Shown here piece after piece: positions 18,203-28,296 of a stretch of DNA of 64,000 nucleotides. This DNA is from an uncultured Clostridium sp. GTDB taxonomy: Bacteria; Bacillota; Clostridia; TANB77; CAG-508. How positions within the stretch are numbered: the stretch's first letter is position 1; the number at the start of each line of letters is the position of its first letter. Made by a program: the position numbers and the translations under genes. The DNA lies in NCBI GenBank assembly GCA_902496295.1, contig CABVAF010000003.1, forward strand, positions 97,859 through 161,858. The letters are read 5' to 3'. The notes beneath the pieces were generated by a model. It had not been told where the DNA came from. It saw only the letters and a list, made by a program, of their open reading frames with translations, and searched no databases.

Positions 18203-18691
18203 ATGTCAGGAGCAATTATGAATAAAGTTTGGGGTTTCTTAGGAATGGATCCAGCAAGAGATAACGAAGAAGAAGAGGAAGAAGTAGATAACTTCGAAGA
18301 AAAAGATATAGAAGAAGAAAGCGAAGAGCAAGAAGATAGAAGGATTTTTGGTAGAAGAAACAACAAAGTAGTAAGTATGCCACAAGTACAACAAGTAAAG
18401 ATGGCTATTTGCCAACCAACAAGTTTCGAACAAGCTGAAGACATTTGTGACTTACTAAAAGAGAAAAAATCAATAATCATTAACTTAGAATATGTAAATA
18501 AAGATGTAGCAAGAAGAATTGTAGATGTTGTAAGTGGTGCAGTTCATGCTTTAGATGGACATATTCAAAAAGTATCAAACGCAATATTCTTAATAGCACC
18601 ATATAACTATGACATTACAAGTGACATGGTTGCAAGAGATGAAATTAAAAATAAATTATCTGTTTCATGGTTAAGAAATAGCAATAATTAG
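18203..18691 (+). CDS. sepF: cell division protein SepF
   Basis: Acidic linker followed by the conserved core PTSFEQAEDICDLLKEKKSIIINL...VSNAIFLIAP. Confidence 0.85.
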   Translation: MSGAIMNKVWGFLGMDPARDNEEEEEEVDNFEEKDIEEESEEQEDRRIFGRRNNKVVSMPQVQQVKMAICQPTSFEQAEDICDLLKEKKSIIINLEYVNKDVARRIVDVVSGAVHALDGHIQKVSNAIFLIAPYNYDITSDMVARDEIKNKLSVSWLRNSNN

Positions 18692-18718
18692 TCATCCATT
18701 ATGTTAGGAGGAAAAGAC

Positions 18719-19168
18719 ATGTATACACCATTAGATATAGAAAATAAAAAATTTTCAAAACAAATGATGAATGGATATAGTGTAGAAGAAGTAGATGATT
18801 TCTTAGACGAATTAACAGTTGATTACGAAAAAATATATAAACAATCAACTGAAAATAATACAAAAATAGAAAGTCTAATGCAAGAATTAGAAAAATATAA
18901 AAATTTAGAGTCAACTTTACAAAATACTTTAGTTATGGCACAATCTACAGCAGAAGAAATAAAAAAAGTGGCTAAACAAGAAGCAGACCAACTAATAAGA
19001 GAAGCACAAGGAAAAGCAAAAGAAGCAACAATGGAGATAGAAAAAGACATAGCTATAAAGACAAAAGAATTAGATGATTTACAAAAACAGTTTGATGTAT
19101 ATAAAGCTAAAATGGAATCACTTTTAATATCACAATTAGAGTTATTAAAAGATTCAAATAAGGAATAA
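18719..19168 (+). CDS. divIVA: DivIVA-domain protein
   Basis: MYTPLDIENKKFSKQMMNGYSVEEVDDFLD is the canonical DivIVA N-terminus. SD AGGAGG precedes the ATG at 18719. Confidence 0.85.
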   Translation: MYTPLDIENKKFSKQMMNGYSVEEVDDFLDELTVDYEKIYKQSTENNTKIESLMQELEKYKNLESTLQNTLVMAQSTAEEIKKVAKQEADQLIREAQGKAKEATMEIEKDIAIKTKELDDLQKQFDVYKAKMESLLISQLELLKDSNKE

Positions 19169-19187
19169 TAAAATATAGTAAATAAAT

Positions 19188-19219
19188 AAAACTTCAGTTA
19201 ATGTGGCTGAGGTTTTTTT
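19188..19219 (+). terminator. intrinsic terminator after divIVA
   Basis: AAAACTTCAG / CTGAGGTTTT stem followed by a T7 run. Confidence 0.6.
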
Positions 19220-19220
19220 G

Positions 19221-19249
19221 TTGACAATTAACATAACATATTATATAAT
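19221..19249 (+). promoter_or_regulatory. sigma-A promoter upstream of rsmD
   Basis: TTGACA, 17-nt spacer, TATAAT. Confidence 0.55.
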
Positions 19250-19342
19250 TTTTTTGAAATGTGTTACAAACTTGTTAAAACTTTATTACAATTACGTTAA
19301 CACTATTGACATTAGGCGAAAAAAAGGTAAAATATATGTATT

Positions 19343-19906
19343 ATGAGAGTTATTAGCGGTATAGCCAGAGGAACTAAACTTAATTCAATAGATAGCAATT
19401 CCACTAGACCTACACTAGATAGAGTGAAAGAAGCATTTTTTAGTAGTATTCAGCCTAATATAAATGAAAATACTCAAATTTTAGACTTATTCGCAGGTAG
19501 TGGACAAATTGGTATCGAATTCTTAAGCAGAGGTGCTAAAAAAGCATATTTCTGCGAAAAAAATCCTTTAGCTGCAAAAATGATAAAACAGAATCTTGAA
19601 AAAACAAGATTTTGCGAAAGCTCTGTAATAATAAATAAAGATTATAAAGTCGCATTGGAAAACTTAAAGAAAGACAATATTAAGTTTGACATTATTTATA
19701 TAGACCCTCCATATAAGTTAGATATTGCTACAAAAAGTATAGACTATATTTTAAGTAATAATTTACTATCTGAAAGTGGAGTTATAATTATAGAAACCGA
19801 TGAGGAAGATAGAGATTTAAAAGAATTAGAAAATATGGGTGTAGACATTTATAACATAAAAAGATATGGGAGAGTAAAGCTTATATTCCTAAGGCGAAAG
19901 GAGTAA
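19343..19906 (+). CDS. rsmD: 16S rRNA (guanine966-N2)-methyltransferase
   Basis: MRVISGIARGTKL...TRPTLDRVKEAFF...DLFAGSGQIGIE...IYIDPPY motifs. Confidence 0.88.
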   Translation: MRVISGIARGTKLNSIDSNSTRPTLDRVKEAFFSSIQPNINENTQILDLFAGSGQIGIEFLSRGAKKAYFCEKNPLAAKMIKQNLEKTRFCESSVIINKDYKVALENLKKDNIKFDIIYIDPPYKLDIATKSIDYILSNNLLSESGVIIIETDEEDRDLKELENMGVDIYNIKRYGRVKLIFLRRKE

Positions 19907-19911
19907 ATATA

Positions 19912-20349
19912 ATGGAAATATTTACATTATTAGAAGAATTAGAAGATTTATTAGAAAAAAGTAAAGGGGTACCCTTTTCACATAAAAGTTTGGTTGATAA
20001 AGAAGAAATTTTAGAAATAATAAAAGAAATAAGATTAAAATTACCAGATGAACTAAAACAAGCTAAATGGATAAAAGAAGAGAGACAAAGAATTTTAGTA
20101 GAAGCTCAAAACGAAGCAGATGGTATTATTAAGGAGGCAGAAAACAGAATTATTTCTATGATAGATGAACATGAGATTACTAGAAAAGCTTATGAAAAGA
20201 AGGTAGAAATAATAGAAACTGCAAACGAAATGTCTCGTGAAATAACAAAAGGAACAAAAGAATATGCTGACAACTTATTGTCTGGTATAGAGGTTGCTTT
20301 GGAAGATGCTTTAAAAGTAATTAGAAATAATAGAGAAGAACTTAAGTAA
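19912..20349 (+). CDS. coiled-coil protein of unknown function
   Basis: 145 aa, charged and helical. No catalytic motifs recognised. Confidence 0.5.
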   Translation: MEIFTLLEELEDLLEKSKGVPFSHKSLVDKEEILEIIKEIRLKLPDELKQAKWIKEERQRILVEAQNEADGIIKEAENRIISMIDEHEITRKAYEKKVEIIETANEMSREITKGTKEYADNLLSGIEVALEDALKVIRNNREELK

Positions 20350-20355
20350 TTTAGG

Positions 20356-20420
20356 AAGTCAGAATCGGAGGTCAGGGTCAAAATCATATTTGATTTCCGA
20401 ATTCTGACTTTAATTTTTTT
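20356..20420 (+). terminator. long hairpin terminator
   Basis: AAGTCAGAATCGGA / TCCGAATTCTGACTT arms followed by a T7 run. Confidence 0.6.
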
Positions 20421-20545
20421 AACATTAACATACTAAACTATCTAAAATGCAAATTGTAATGTTTTAATATTTATAATATATTCTTTTATTTTTAATATTA
20501 AAGCTTAAAGATAAAAGAATATTTTAAAGATGGGGAGGAAATAGT

Positions 20546-22933
20546 TTGGCTAAAAGAGGAAGAAGAAAAAAGAAAACAATAGATATAAATGTTGCTGTTG
20601 TAATATTAGTTATAATCAGTGTACTTTTATTTGTGTTAATATATACAAAATCTGGATATATTGGAGAACATTTAAGCCCAATGCTTGGCGGGATTATGGG
20701 ATTTATAAAATATATAATTCCAATTGGTACATTTTTAATTGCCATATATATGACACATAATGAAAAAGAATATATGTATGCAAAATTAATTCAGTATGCA
20801 GTTTTTTTAGTGTGCATAGCTACAATGCTTAGTGTGTTTCAGTTTTCTAGTGGGAATTTAAATGCAGGCAAAGAATTTAGTAGCGTTATGCAAACTGCAT
20901 ATGAGTTAGGTACAAGCGATATAGGCGGAGGAGTTATAGGAAGTGCTGTTGCTATGCCACTTATTAATTTGCTTGGTACAACAGGTGCAGTTATATTAGT
21001 AATAGGAATTGCAGTTGTTCTATTTGTGTTTATGTTTGGAGTAAGACCTGCTGAAATGATTAGCAACTTCTTAGATGCACTAGATGAAAGGAAAGAACTA
21101 AGAAAGCAAGAGAGAGTTTCTAGAAGAGAATTAGCAAGACAAAATAGAATGAAAATAGAACCTGAAAAAGTACAATTATCACATGAAGAAGAACAACCAC
21201 ATAAAGAAACTAGAAGAGAACGTAAATTAAGAGAAAAAGAAGAAGCAAAGAGAAAAGCATTAGAATTGGATGACCAAATTACTATTAATCTAAATAATGA
21301 AAATACATCTAAGATAGAAGAAAAGCCTAAAAAGTATAATCATGACAAAGATGATTTATCTTATTTAGGAGAAGAAAAGTTGTTTAAACAAGAAGAAGAG
21401 CAAAAAGAAAGCAAAACTAAAGAAGTTTTACAACTTGAACATGCTGTTACAGTAGAAGATAAAGACTATAAATTTCCACCAATAACTTTATTAAGCCAAG
21501 GTGACGCAAAAGAAATAAAAGGTGGTAAGAAAGCCGTTACAGAAACTGCAAGCAGATTGCAAAAGACTTTATATAGTTTTGGAGTATCTGCAAAAGTAGA
21601 GAATGTTTCAGTAGGACCTGCTATAACAAGGTATGAACTTAAACCAGCAGAAGGAGTTAGAGTAAGTAAAATTGCAAATTTAGCAGATGATATTGCATTA
21701 AATTTAGCAGCAGAAAGTATAAGAATAGAGGCTCCTATACCAGGAAAACAAGCTGTTGGAATAGAGATACCAAATGTAGAAAATGAAGTTGTACATTTAA
21801 GAGATATAATTTCTTCAGATGCATTCCAAGGACATAAGTCTAAACTTGCATTTGCATTAGGAAAAGACGTTGCTGGAAAAGAAGTTGTAGCTGATATTGC
21901 TAAGATGCCACACGTTTTAATTGCAGGTGCTACAGGTTCGGGTAAGAGTGTTTGTATAAATACTTTAATTGCGAGCATAATATATAAAGCAAAACCAAGT
22001 GAAGTAAAGCTACTTATGGTAGACCCAAAAGTAGTAGAACTTTCTGTATATAATGGAATACCACATCTTTTAATACCAGTAGTAACAGATCCTAAAAAAG
22101 CAGCAGGAGCACTTGCATGGGCAGTTCAAGAAATGATAAATAGATATAATTTGTTTGCTAAAAAAGGTGTTAGAGATATAAAAGGTTATAATGAAGCAGT
22201 AGAGAAAGAGGGAGAGACCGGAAAACTTCCACAAATAGTAATAATTATAGACGAGCTTTCAGACTTAATGATGGCATCTCCTAAAGAAGTAGAGGACTCA
22301 ATATGTAGATTAGCACAAATGGCAAGAGCTGCAGGAATGCATTTAGTAATTGCAACACAAAGACCATCTGTAGATGTTATTACAGGTGTAATTAAAGCAA
22401 ACATTCCTTCAAGAATATCATTTGCAGTATCTTCACAAGTCGATTCAAGAACTATATTAGATATGGTAGGTGCAGAAAAGCTATTAGGAAAAGGTGATAT
22501 GTTATTTTATCCATCAGGAGCACCAAAGCCAACAAGAATTCAAGGTGCATTCGTTTCAGATAAAGAAGTAGAAAAGCTAGTAGAGTTCTTAAAATCTCAA
22601 GGAGAAGTAACATACGATGATGAAATATTAGAACAAATAGAAAACTCAGATAAAACAGATAAAGAAATAGCAGAAGAAGATGACAAGCAAACAACGGACC
22701 CACTTCTATTAGAAGCAATAGATACAGTAGTAGAAACAGGTCAAGCGTCGACATCATTTATACAAAGAAGATTTAAAGTTGGTTATGCTAGAGCAGGAAG
22801 AATAATAGATCAGATGGAAGAAAGAGGAATAATATCAGGTTACCAAGGCAGTAAACCAAGAGAAGTTTTAATGAGCAAGGAAAGATGGCAAGAACTAAAA
22901 ATGACTAAGCTAGAAAACGACGATGGAAATTAG
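20546..22933 (+). CDS. ftsK: DNA translocase FtsK/SpoIIIE
   Basis: N-terminal TM segments, Walker A GATGSGKS, ATQRPSVDVITG, and a C-terminal gamma winged-helix. TTG start after GGGGAGG. The stop codon lies inside the repeat element. Confidence 0.93.
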   Translation: MAKRGRRKKKTIDINVAVVILVIISVLLFVLIYTKSGYIGEHLSPMLGGIMGFIKYIIPIGTFLIAIYMTHNEKEYMYAKLIQYAVFLVCIATMLSVFQFSSGNLNAGKEFSSVMQTAYELGTSDIGGGVIGSAVAMPLINLLGTTGAVILVIGIAVVLFVFMFGVRPAEMISNFLDALDERKELRKQERVSRRELARQNRMKIEPEKVQLSHEEEQPHKETRRERKLREKEEAKRKALELDDQITINLNNENTSKIEEKPKKYNHDKDDLSYLGEEKLFKQEEEQKESKTKEVLQLEHAVTVEDKDYKFPPITLLSQGDAKEIKGGKKAVTETASRLQKTLYSFGVSAKVENVSVGPAITRYELKPAEGVRVSKIANLADDIALNLAAESIRIEAPIPGKQAVGIEIPNVENEVVHLRDIISSDAFQGHKSKLAFALGKDVAGKEVVADIAKMPHVLIAGATGSGKSVCINTLIASIIYKAKPSEVKLLMVDPKVVELSVYNGIPHLLIPVVTDPKKAAGALAWAVQEMINRYNLFAKKGVRDIKGYNEAVEKEGETGKLPQIVIIIDELSDLMMASPKEVEDSICRLAQMARAAGMHLVIATQRPSVDVITGVIKANIPSRISFAVSSQVDSRTILDMVGAEKLLGKGDMLFYPSGAPKPTRIQGAFVSDKEVEKLVEFLKSQGEVTYDDEILEQIENSDKTDKEIAEEDDKQTTDPLLLEAIDTVVETGQASTSFIQRRFKVGYARAGRIIDQMEERGIISGYQGSKPREVLMSKERWQELKMTKLENDDGN

Positions 22934-23018
22934 AGACAGGTCCCAATTTCCAAAAGTCAGAAATTTGGACCTGTCCCTAATTTCTGAAACTCAGAAAAAA
23001 TGACCTGTCCCCAATTTC
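22926..23018. repeat. cluster of GGGACAGGTC-family palindromic units (REP/REPIN-like)
   Basis: One palindromic unit GAAATTAGAGACAGGTCCCAATTTC, plus a 51-nt segment (22968-23018) that differs at one base from the right end of the transposase unit (29341-29391). Confidence 0.85.
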
Positions 23019-23036
23019 GAGAAAGGATTTCAAAAG

Positions 23037-24581
23037 ATGAAGAAAGAGAAGATTTTTTCTCTATTAAATATAAAAGATTATAATAATGAATTAGAGAAGA
23101 TTTTAGCAAAGAAAAATTTTTCTATGGATACAAAAAATCTTCTTTTAAGCATGTCTTATAAAATTGAAAATGCATATAATGACTATGAAAAAGCAAAACA
23201 AGAAGTATTGTCAAAGAAAAAGTATATGGAAAAATTAATTACTATTATAAATTCTAAATGTTATGAATTTAACACAATTATGCCAAGTATGCCAGAATTT
23301 GAGGATTTAAAGGATAAAAAGTTTGTAATAGATGTAGAAAAAGGAGCAATTACGGTAATAGATAACGAATATTATGCACTTAAAGCTATAACCAGATTGC
23401 CTAAAATTAAGTGGGGAATTTTAGACGAGTATGGTTTACTAAAAGAACCTTTTTGTGAAGTTTTAACAACTGGAAATATTATGCATGAAATGGAAGTTTT
23501 AAGAGATTTTAATGGATGGTCTTGGAGTACTAACATTAAGGAAATGGAAAACATACAATGCAATTTAATTTATCAATGTTTGGTGTATTTATTTGAAAAT
23601 CAATTCTTAACAGAATGGATAGAGAATAAGCAAGAAATGGTAGATTATATTGCATTAGCTTTAAATAAGTTAGAGAAGTTATATGGAAAAGAATTTTCAA
23701 GAGATGTTCTTACTTTAATATGCAAAGTTGTAATGGAATATGGAATGAATGATGAGATTATAGAAAAAAGAGCTTGCTTAAAAGAGGAGTTAGAGTTATT
23801 AAATGATAGGGAAAAATATTTAGAAAATGCAACTTTACAAAAGAAAAGATATAGAGCTGATATAGATAAAATTGATAAGATGATAAATAATAGGGATTTA
23901 TTAAAGGAGGAGTATATAAAGAGAAATTCTGTATTAGAGAATAAAGAAAAGATTTTCAGTATAAAAAGATTAAAGGTAATTTTAGAGGAAGAAAGAGAAG
24001 AATTATTACAGAAAATAAAAGAGTCGAATGATTTAATAGATCCTAAAAAATATGTTGTAAGAAAAACTAAAGTAGAAAATGACTACAACTTTTTTAAAGA
24101 TTTAAAAATAGATGGTGTAGATGGTGCAAAACTTATTAATTTGTGCAAATATGTATTAAAAAGCTTTAAAATACGTGTTGAAGAAGCTCAAACAAGAGAA
24201 GAACTATTGAAACTTGTATACGAAGTAAGGTATTTTAGGTTTATACATTGGGATGAAGATAAAACATTAAAGGAAATTAATAATTTGTCTATTTCTTTTT
24301 ATAAAGTTATGATAAAATTAATTAAAAAGTTAATAAATTTTAAATGGGCAGATACAATTTGTACAATACCAAAAGCAAATCTTAAAGCTATAATAAAATT
24401 ATTTGATAGTAAGATTATAGATTTAGATAATTTAATTGTAGAAACAGAATATATTAATAATGAAATAAAAGTTAAATATTATGACACAAATGTGCTAGAA
24501 AATGAATTTATAATAGAACTAAAAGAAAATATAGATATAAAGAAACTAAAATTAAAGAAAAAGATAAAAGTTTTTAATTAA
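23037..24581 (+). CDS. hypothetical protein, 514 aa
   Basis: Long ORF with an SD and codon usage like its neighbours. No recognisable motifs. Confidence 0.6.
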   Translation: MKKEKIFSLLNIKDYNNELEKILAKKNFSMDTKNLLLSMSYKIENAYNDYEKAKQEVLSKKKYMEKLITIINSKCYEFNTIMPSMPEFEDLKDKKFVIDVEKGAITVIDNEYYALKAITRLPKIKWGILDEYGLLKEPFCEVLTTGNIMHEMEVLRDFNGWSWSTNIKEMENIQCNLIYQCLVYLFENQFLTEWIENKQEMVDYIALALNKLEKLYGKEFSRDVLTLICKVVMEYGMNDEIIEKRACLKEELELLNDREKYLENATLQKKRYRADIDKIDKMINNRDLLKEEYIKRNSVLENKEKIFSIKRLKVILEEEREELLQKIKESNDLIDPKKYVVRKTKVENDYNFFKDLKIDGVDGAKLINLCKYVLKSFKIRVEEAQTREELLKLVYEVRYFRFIHWDEDKTLKEINNLSISFYKVMIKLIKKLINFKWADTICTIPKANLKAIIKLFDSKIIDLDNLIVETEYINNEIKVKYYDTNVLENEFIIELKENIDIKKLKLKKKIKVFN

Positions 24582-24596
24582 CGAAGGGAGAAACTT

Positions 24597-26255
24597 ATGC
24601 AAATAACATTTCTAGGTGCAACAAAAACTGTTACAGGTTCAAACTTTTTGGTGGAGGGTGCAGGAAAGAAGTTTTTAATTGATTGCGGATTATATCAAGG
24701 TAGTAGTAAGGAAGAAGAAAAAAATGATGAACCGTTTTTATATAATCCAAAAGAAATAGATTTTATGATATTAACACATGCTCATATAGATCACTCTGGA
24801 AGAATTCCTCTTTTATATAATGATGGTTTTAGAGGAACTATATATGCACATAAAGCTACAATGGACTTATGCTCTATAATGCTTCCTGACAGCGGTCACA
24901 TTCAAGAGCAGGAGGCAGAATGGAAAAATAGAAAACGAGTAAGACAGGGTAAAAATATTGTAATTCCACTTTATACTGCAGAAGATGCGGAAAAGTGTAT
25001 GGAAGTATTTAAACCTGTAAATTATGATGAAATAATAGAAATAACACCAGAAATACATGTAAGATTTAATGATGCAGGACATATGTTGGGTTCTGCTATA
25101 GTAGAAGTATGGATTAATGAGGATGGAAGAGATAAAAAAATAGTTTTTAGTGGTGATATTGGAAACAATGATATTCCACTACTTTCTTCTCCAACAATGA
25201 TTGAAAGTGCTGATTATTTAGTTATGGAATCTACATATGGAGGAAGATTGCATAATAGAAATGACGAAAAAGCAAATTTATTCTTAAATATTGTTTCTGA
25301 AACCTTAGATAAAAATGGAACAGTTGTAATTCCATCTTTTGCAGTTGGAAGGACACAAGAAATTTTGTATGAAATCAATAATTTAAAATGTAGTGATTGT
25401 AGTGAAAAAATAAAGAAAGAATACGAAACATTAATGAAGGCACCGGTTTATGTAGATAGTCCTTTAGCAATTTCTGCAACAGAAATATTTAAAGAAAATA
25501 TGAACTTATTTGATGAAGAGACACAAGCGTTAATACAAAGTGGTGATAATCCACTAGAATTTCCTGGATTGCAATTTACAAGAACCGCGGATGAGTCGAA
25601 ATCTCTAAATGAAATGGATGGAGCAGCTATTATTATATCTGCAAGTGGTATGTGCGATGTTGGAAGAATAAAGCATCATTTAAAACATCATATATGGAAT
25701 CCAAATAGTACGATTTTATTTGTAGGATATCAAGCACCTGGAACTTTAGGAAGAAGGATAGTTGATGGCGCAAAAACTATAAAGATTTTTGGGGAAGAAA
25801 TTGCTGTAAACGCAAGAATTGAATATATAGAGGGATATTCTGGTCATGCAGACCAAGAATGGTTAATGAATTTTATATATTCTTTTATTACAAAGCCAAA
25901 GCATATCTTTTTAGTACATGGAGAACCAGAAGGGCAAAAAATATTGCAAGAGAAAATATCTCAAGAAATAAAAATACCTGTTACAATTCCTGAATTTGGA
26001 GAGGTATATAGCATAAAAGATGAAATAATAGAAAAAGTAGATCAATTAGAAAGTACAATTACAGAAAGAGAGAGTACTCCAAGAGCAGAAGTAATAGAAA
26101 AGATGAAAATATTAAAAAATGAGATTGCAGACATGGAGGAAATTGTTAAAGCAGATTACTTAACTGATGATGCAACAGATGAAGACATTGCAAAATTAAA
26201 ACTAAGATTAAAAGAATTAGAAAGCCAAATATTAAAAATTGTGGAAAACGAATAA
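24597..26255 (+). CDS. MBL-fold beta-CASP (CPSF-like) RNA-metabolising hydrolase
   Basis: HAHIDHSG metallo-beta-lactamase motif and beta-CASP/RMMBL-like C-terminal half (GYSGHAD), plus a coiled-coil tail. Confidence 0.8.
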   Translation: MQITFLGATKTVTGSNFLVEGAGKKFLIDCGLYQGSSKEEEKNDEPFLYNPKEIDFMILTHAHIDHSGRIPLLYNDGFRGTIYAHKATMDLCSIMLPDSGHIQEQEAEWKNRKRVRQGKNIVIPLYTAEDAEKCMEVFKPVNYDEIIEITPEIHVRFNDAGHMLGSAIVEVWINEDGRDKKIVFSGDIGNNDIPLLSSPTMIESADYLVMESTYGGRLHNRNDEKANLFLNIVSETLDKNGTVVIPSFAVGRTQEILYEINNLKCSDCSEKIKKEYETLMKAPVYVDSPLAISATEIFKENMNLFDEETQALIQSGDNPLEFPGLQFTRTADESKSLNEMDGAAIIISASGMCDVGRIKHHLKHHIWNPNSTILFVGYQAPGTLGRRIVDGAKTIKIFGEEIAVNARIEYIEGYSGHADQEWLMNFIYSFITKPKHIFLVHGEPEGQKILQEKISQEIKIPVTIPEFGEVYSIKDEIIEKVDQLESTITERESTPRAEVIEKMKILKNEIADMEEIVKADYLTDDATDEDIAKLKLRLKELESQILKIVENE

Positions 26256-26294
26256 TTATGAAGTTTAAGAAATAAATTAAGGGAGAGTTAACGA

Positions 26295-28253
26295 ATGAGA
26301 ACAAAATATTATAATGATGCTTTTATAGGAAACAAAGATATTTTAGCTACATATAGCAAAAAAGGAGAATTATTAAGGCTATATTATCCAAATCCGGACT
26401 TTAGACAGTTTATAGATTTTTTTGGAACAGGAATAAAGGTTAATGATTCAGGAATGATTTATCTACATGAAGATATAAACAATAAATATAGCCAATATTA
26501 TGATGAAGATACAAATATACTAAATACGGAAATAGAGAATTTATATTATAGACTAAAAATAAAGCAAACAGATTACACATCAATAAAGAAAGATGTTATT
26601 ATAAAACAGTATGTATTTGAAAATAATAATAGTATAAATTTAGACATAAATTTTTTAGTACATTCAAAACTAATTTACGAGGAGAATAATGCAGTTGGTT
26701 CTCAAATAAAAAATAATGCACTAATTCAATATTGCCATGATTATGCACTTGGAATTTTTTCTAAAGAAAACATATATAGTCATCAATTAAATGATGTTGC
26801 AAATAATATACAAAGTGGAGTAATACAAGATAAAGACTATATTGGAATGGCAGCAGACTCAGCTGTTAGTTATGATATTGGAATAATAAAGCCTGGAGAA
26901 AAAAGAGAATTTGTATTATTTATAGTTCCAACTCAAGGAATAGCTGAAGGAGATAATCAATTATTACTAGATAAAATAGATGAAGTAAGGAAAATAGACT
27001 TAAAAGCAGAAAAGCAAAATGTAGCTAAATATTGGAAAAAGTTTGTAAAAGACCATTATAAATTAGGAGAAAAATATCAAATCACAAATAAAAATTATCA
27101 AGGATATTTAGAAAAGTTAAATAAAATATATAAAAGAAGTATACTACTTTTTCCATTGCTTATGGATGAGACAACTGGTGGAATAGTTGCTTCAGCAGAA
27201 GTAGATGAGGAAAAGAGCCAATCTGGAAGATATGCATATTGTTGGCCAAGAGATGCAGTTTTTATTTGTTCAGCACTTGACAAAATAGGGATGACAAAAG
27301 AAGTAGAAAAGTTTTATAAAGTATTTTGTAAAAATACACAAAGCAAAAGTGGAATGTGGGAACAAAGATTTTATACAGATGGAAAGCTTGCGCCTTGTTG
27401 GGGATATCAAATAGATGAAACTGCTAGTGTAATATATGGTGTTTACGAACACTACAAAGTAACTAAAGAAGGAAAATTTATAAAAGATACATTTAAAATG
27501 TGTGACAAAGCAGTAAGATTTCTAGAAAGATATATGGATAATATATTAGGAACAAAAGATGATAGCGATGTTGTAAAAAAAGAAATTGAAGAAACGTATC
27601 ATACAGAAGATAGAGAAAAACTACCAGTAAGCTATGACTTATGGGAAATGAATGAAGGTGTTCATCTATATTCTTTAGCAAGCATAAATGCAGCATATAA
27701 TGCTATGCTTAAAATATATGAAATAATGGAGCCAGAGTATAAAGAAAACAGACTAAAACTTGAGAATATACATAAAAATGTAATTCGCATAAAGAAACAA
27801 TTAGAAGTTATGCAAAAGTATGTAAGTAAAAACTTATATAATGAAAAAACAAAAACATTAAAAAGAAATACAGAAGATGAGAAAACAGACATAAGTATTT
27901 TAGGAAGTGTATATCCTTTTGAAATGTTTGGGCCAAAAGAAAAGAAAGTATTAAATACTATAGAGAAAATAAACTTAACACTACGTACATATACAGGAGG
28001 ATATTTACGTTTTGAACAAGATAGTTATCGTGGAGGAAAAAATCCATGGCCAATATCAACACTATGGATGTCGATGTACTATCAAAAAGCAGGAGAGGCA
28101 AAAAAAGCAAAAGAATGTCTAGAATTTGTTATAAAGAGTTGTAATGAACATGGATTACTTGGAGAACAAGTAGACAACCAAACATTACAGCCAAACTGGG
28201 TAGTAGGCCTAGGCTGGTCTCATGCAATGTTTATTCTATCACTTGGAAATTAG
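26295..28253 (+). CDS. glycoside hydrolase family 15 (glucoamylase-like)
   Basis: YCWPRDAVF, DLWE and PISTLWMSMYY motifs typical of bacterial GH15. The stop codon lies inside the repeat element. Confidence 0.75.
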   Translation: MRTKYYNDAFIGNKDILATYSKKGELLRLYYPNPDFRQFIDFFGTGIKVNDSGMIYLHEDINNKYSQYYDEDTNILNTEIENLYYRLKIKQTDYTSIKKDVIIKQYVFENNNSINLDINFLVHSKLIYEENNAVGSQIKNNALIQYCHDYALGIFSKENIYSHQLNDVANNIQSGVIQDKDYIGMAADSAVSYDIGIIKPGEKREFVLFIVPTQGIAEGDNQLLLDKIDEVRKIDLKAEKQNVAKYWKKFVKDHYKLGEKYQITNKNYQGYLEKLNKIYKRSILLFPLLMDETTGGIVASAEVDEEKSQSGRYAYCWPRDAVFICSALDKIGMTKEVEKFYKVFCKNTQSKSGMWEQRFYTDGKLAPCWGYQIDETASVIYGVYEHYKVTKEGKFIKDTFKMCDKAVRFLERYMDNILGTKDDSDVVKKEIEETYHTEDREKLPVSYDLWEMNEGVHLYSLASINAAYNAMLKIYEIMEPEYKENRLKLENIHKNVIRIKKQLEVMQKYVSKNLYNEKTKTLKRNTEDEKTDISILGSVYPFEMFGPKEKKVLNTIEKINLTLRTYTGGYLRFEQDSYRGGKNPWPISTLWMSMYYQKAGEAKKAKECLEFVIKSCNEHGLLGEQVDNQTLQPNWVVGLGWSHAMFILSLGN

Positions 28254-28296
28254 GGACAGGTCATTTTTTCTGAATTTCAGAAATTAGGGACAGGTC
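28246..28296 (+). repeat. left terminal REP doublet
   Basis: GAAATTAGGGACAGGTCATTTTTTCTGAATTTCAGAAATTAGGGACAGGTC. Confidence 0.9.

Noticed and set aside
20351-20413. Hairpin after 19912-20349 contains AAGTCAGAA and GGTCAGGGTC, which faintly resemble the REP family.
   Set aside because: The similarity is limited to a few bases, and the GGGACAGGTC core is absent. I treat it as an ordinary intrinsic terminator.
22926-23018. Repeat clusters at 22926-23018, 28246-28296, 29341-29391 and 35543-35668, considered as a CRISPR array.
   Set aside because: The units are internally palindromic, occur in both orientations with irregular short spacing, are scattered over 13 kb between unrelated genes, and have no cas genes. 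They fit REP/REPIN-like elements instead.
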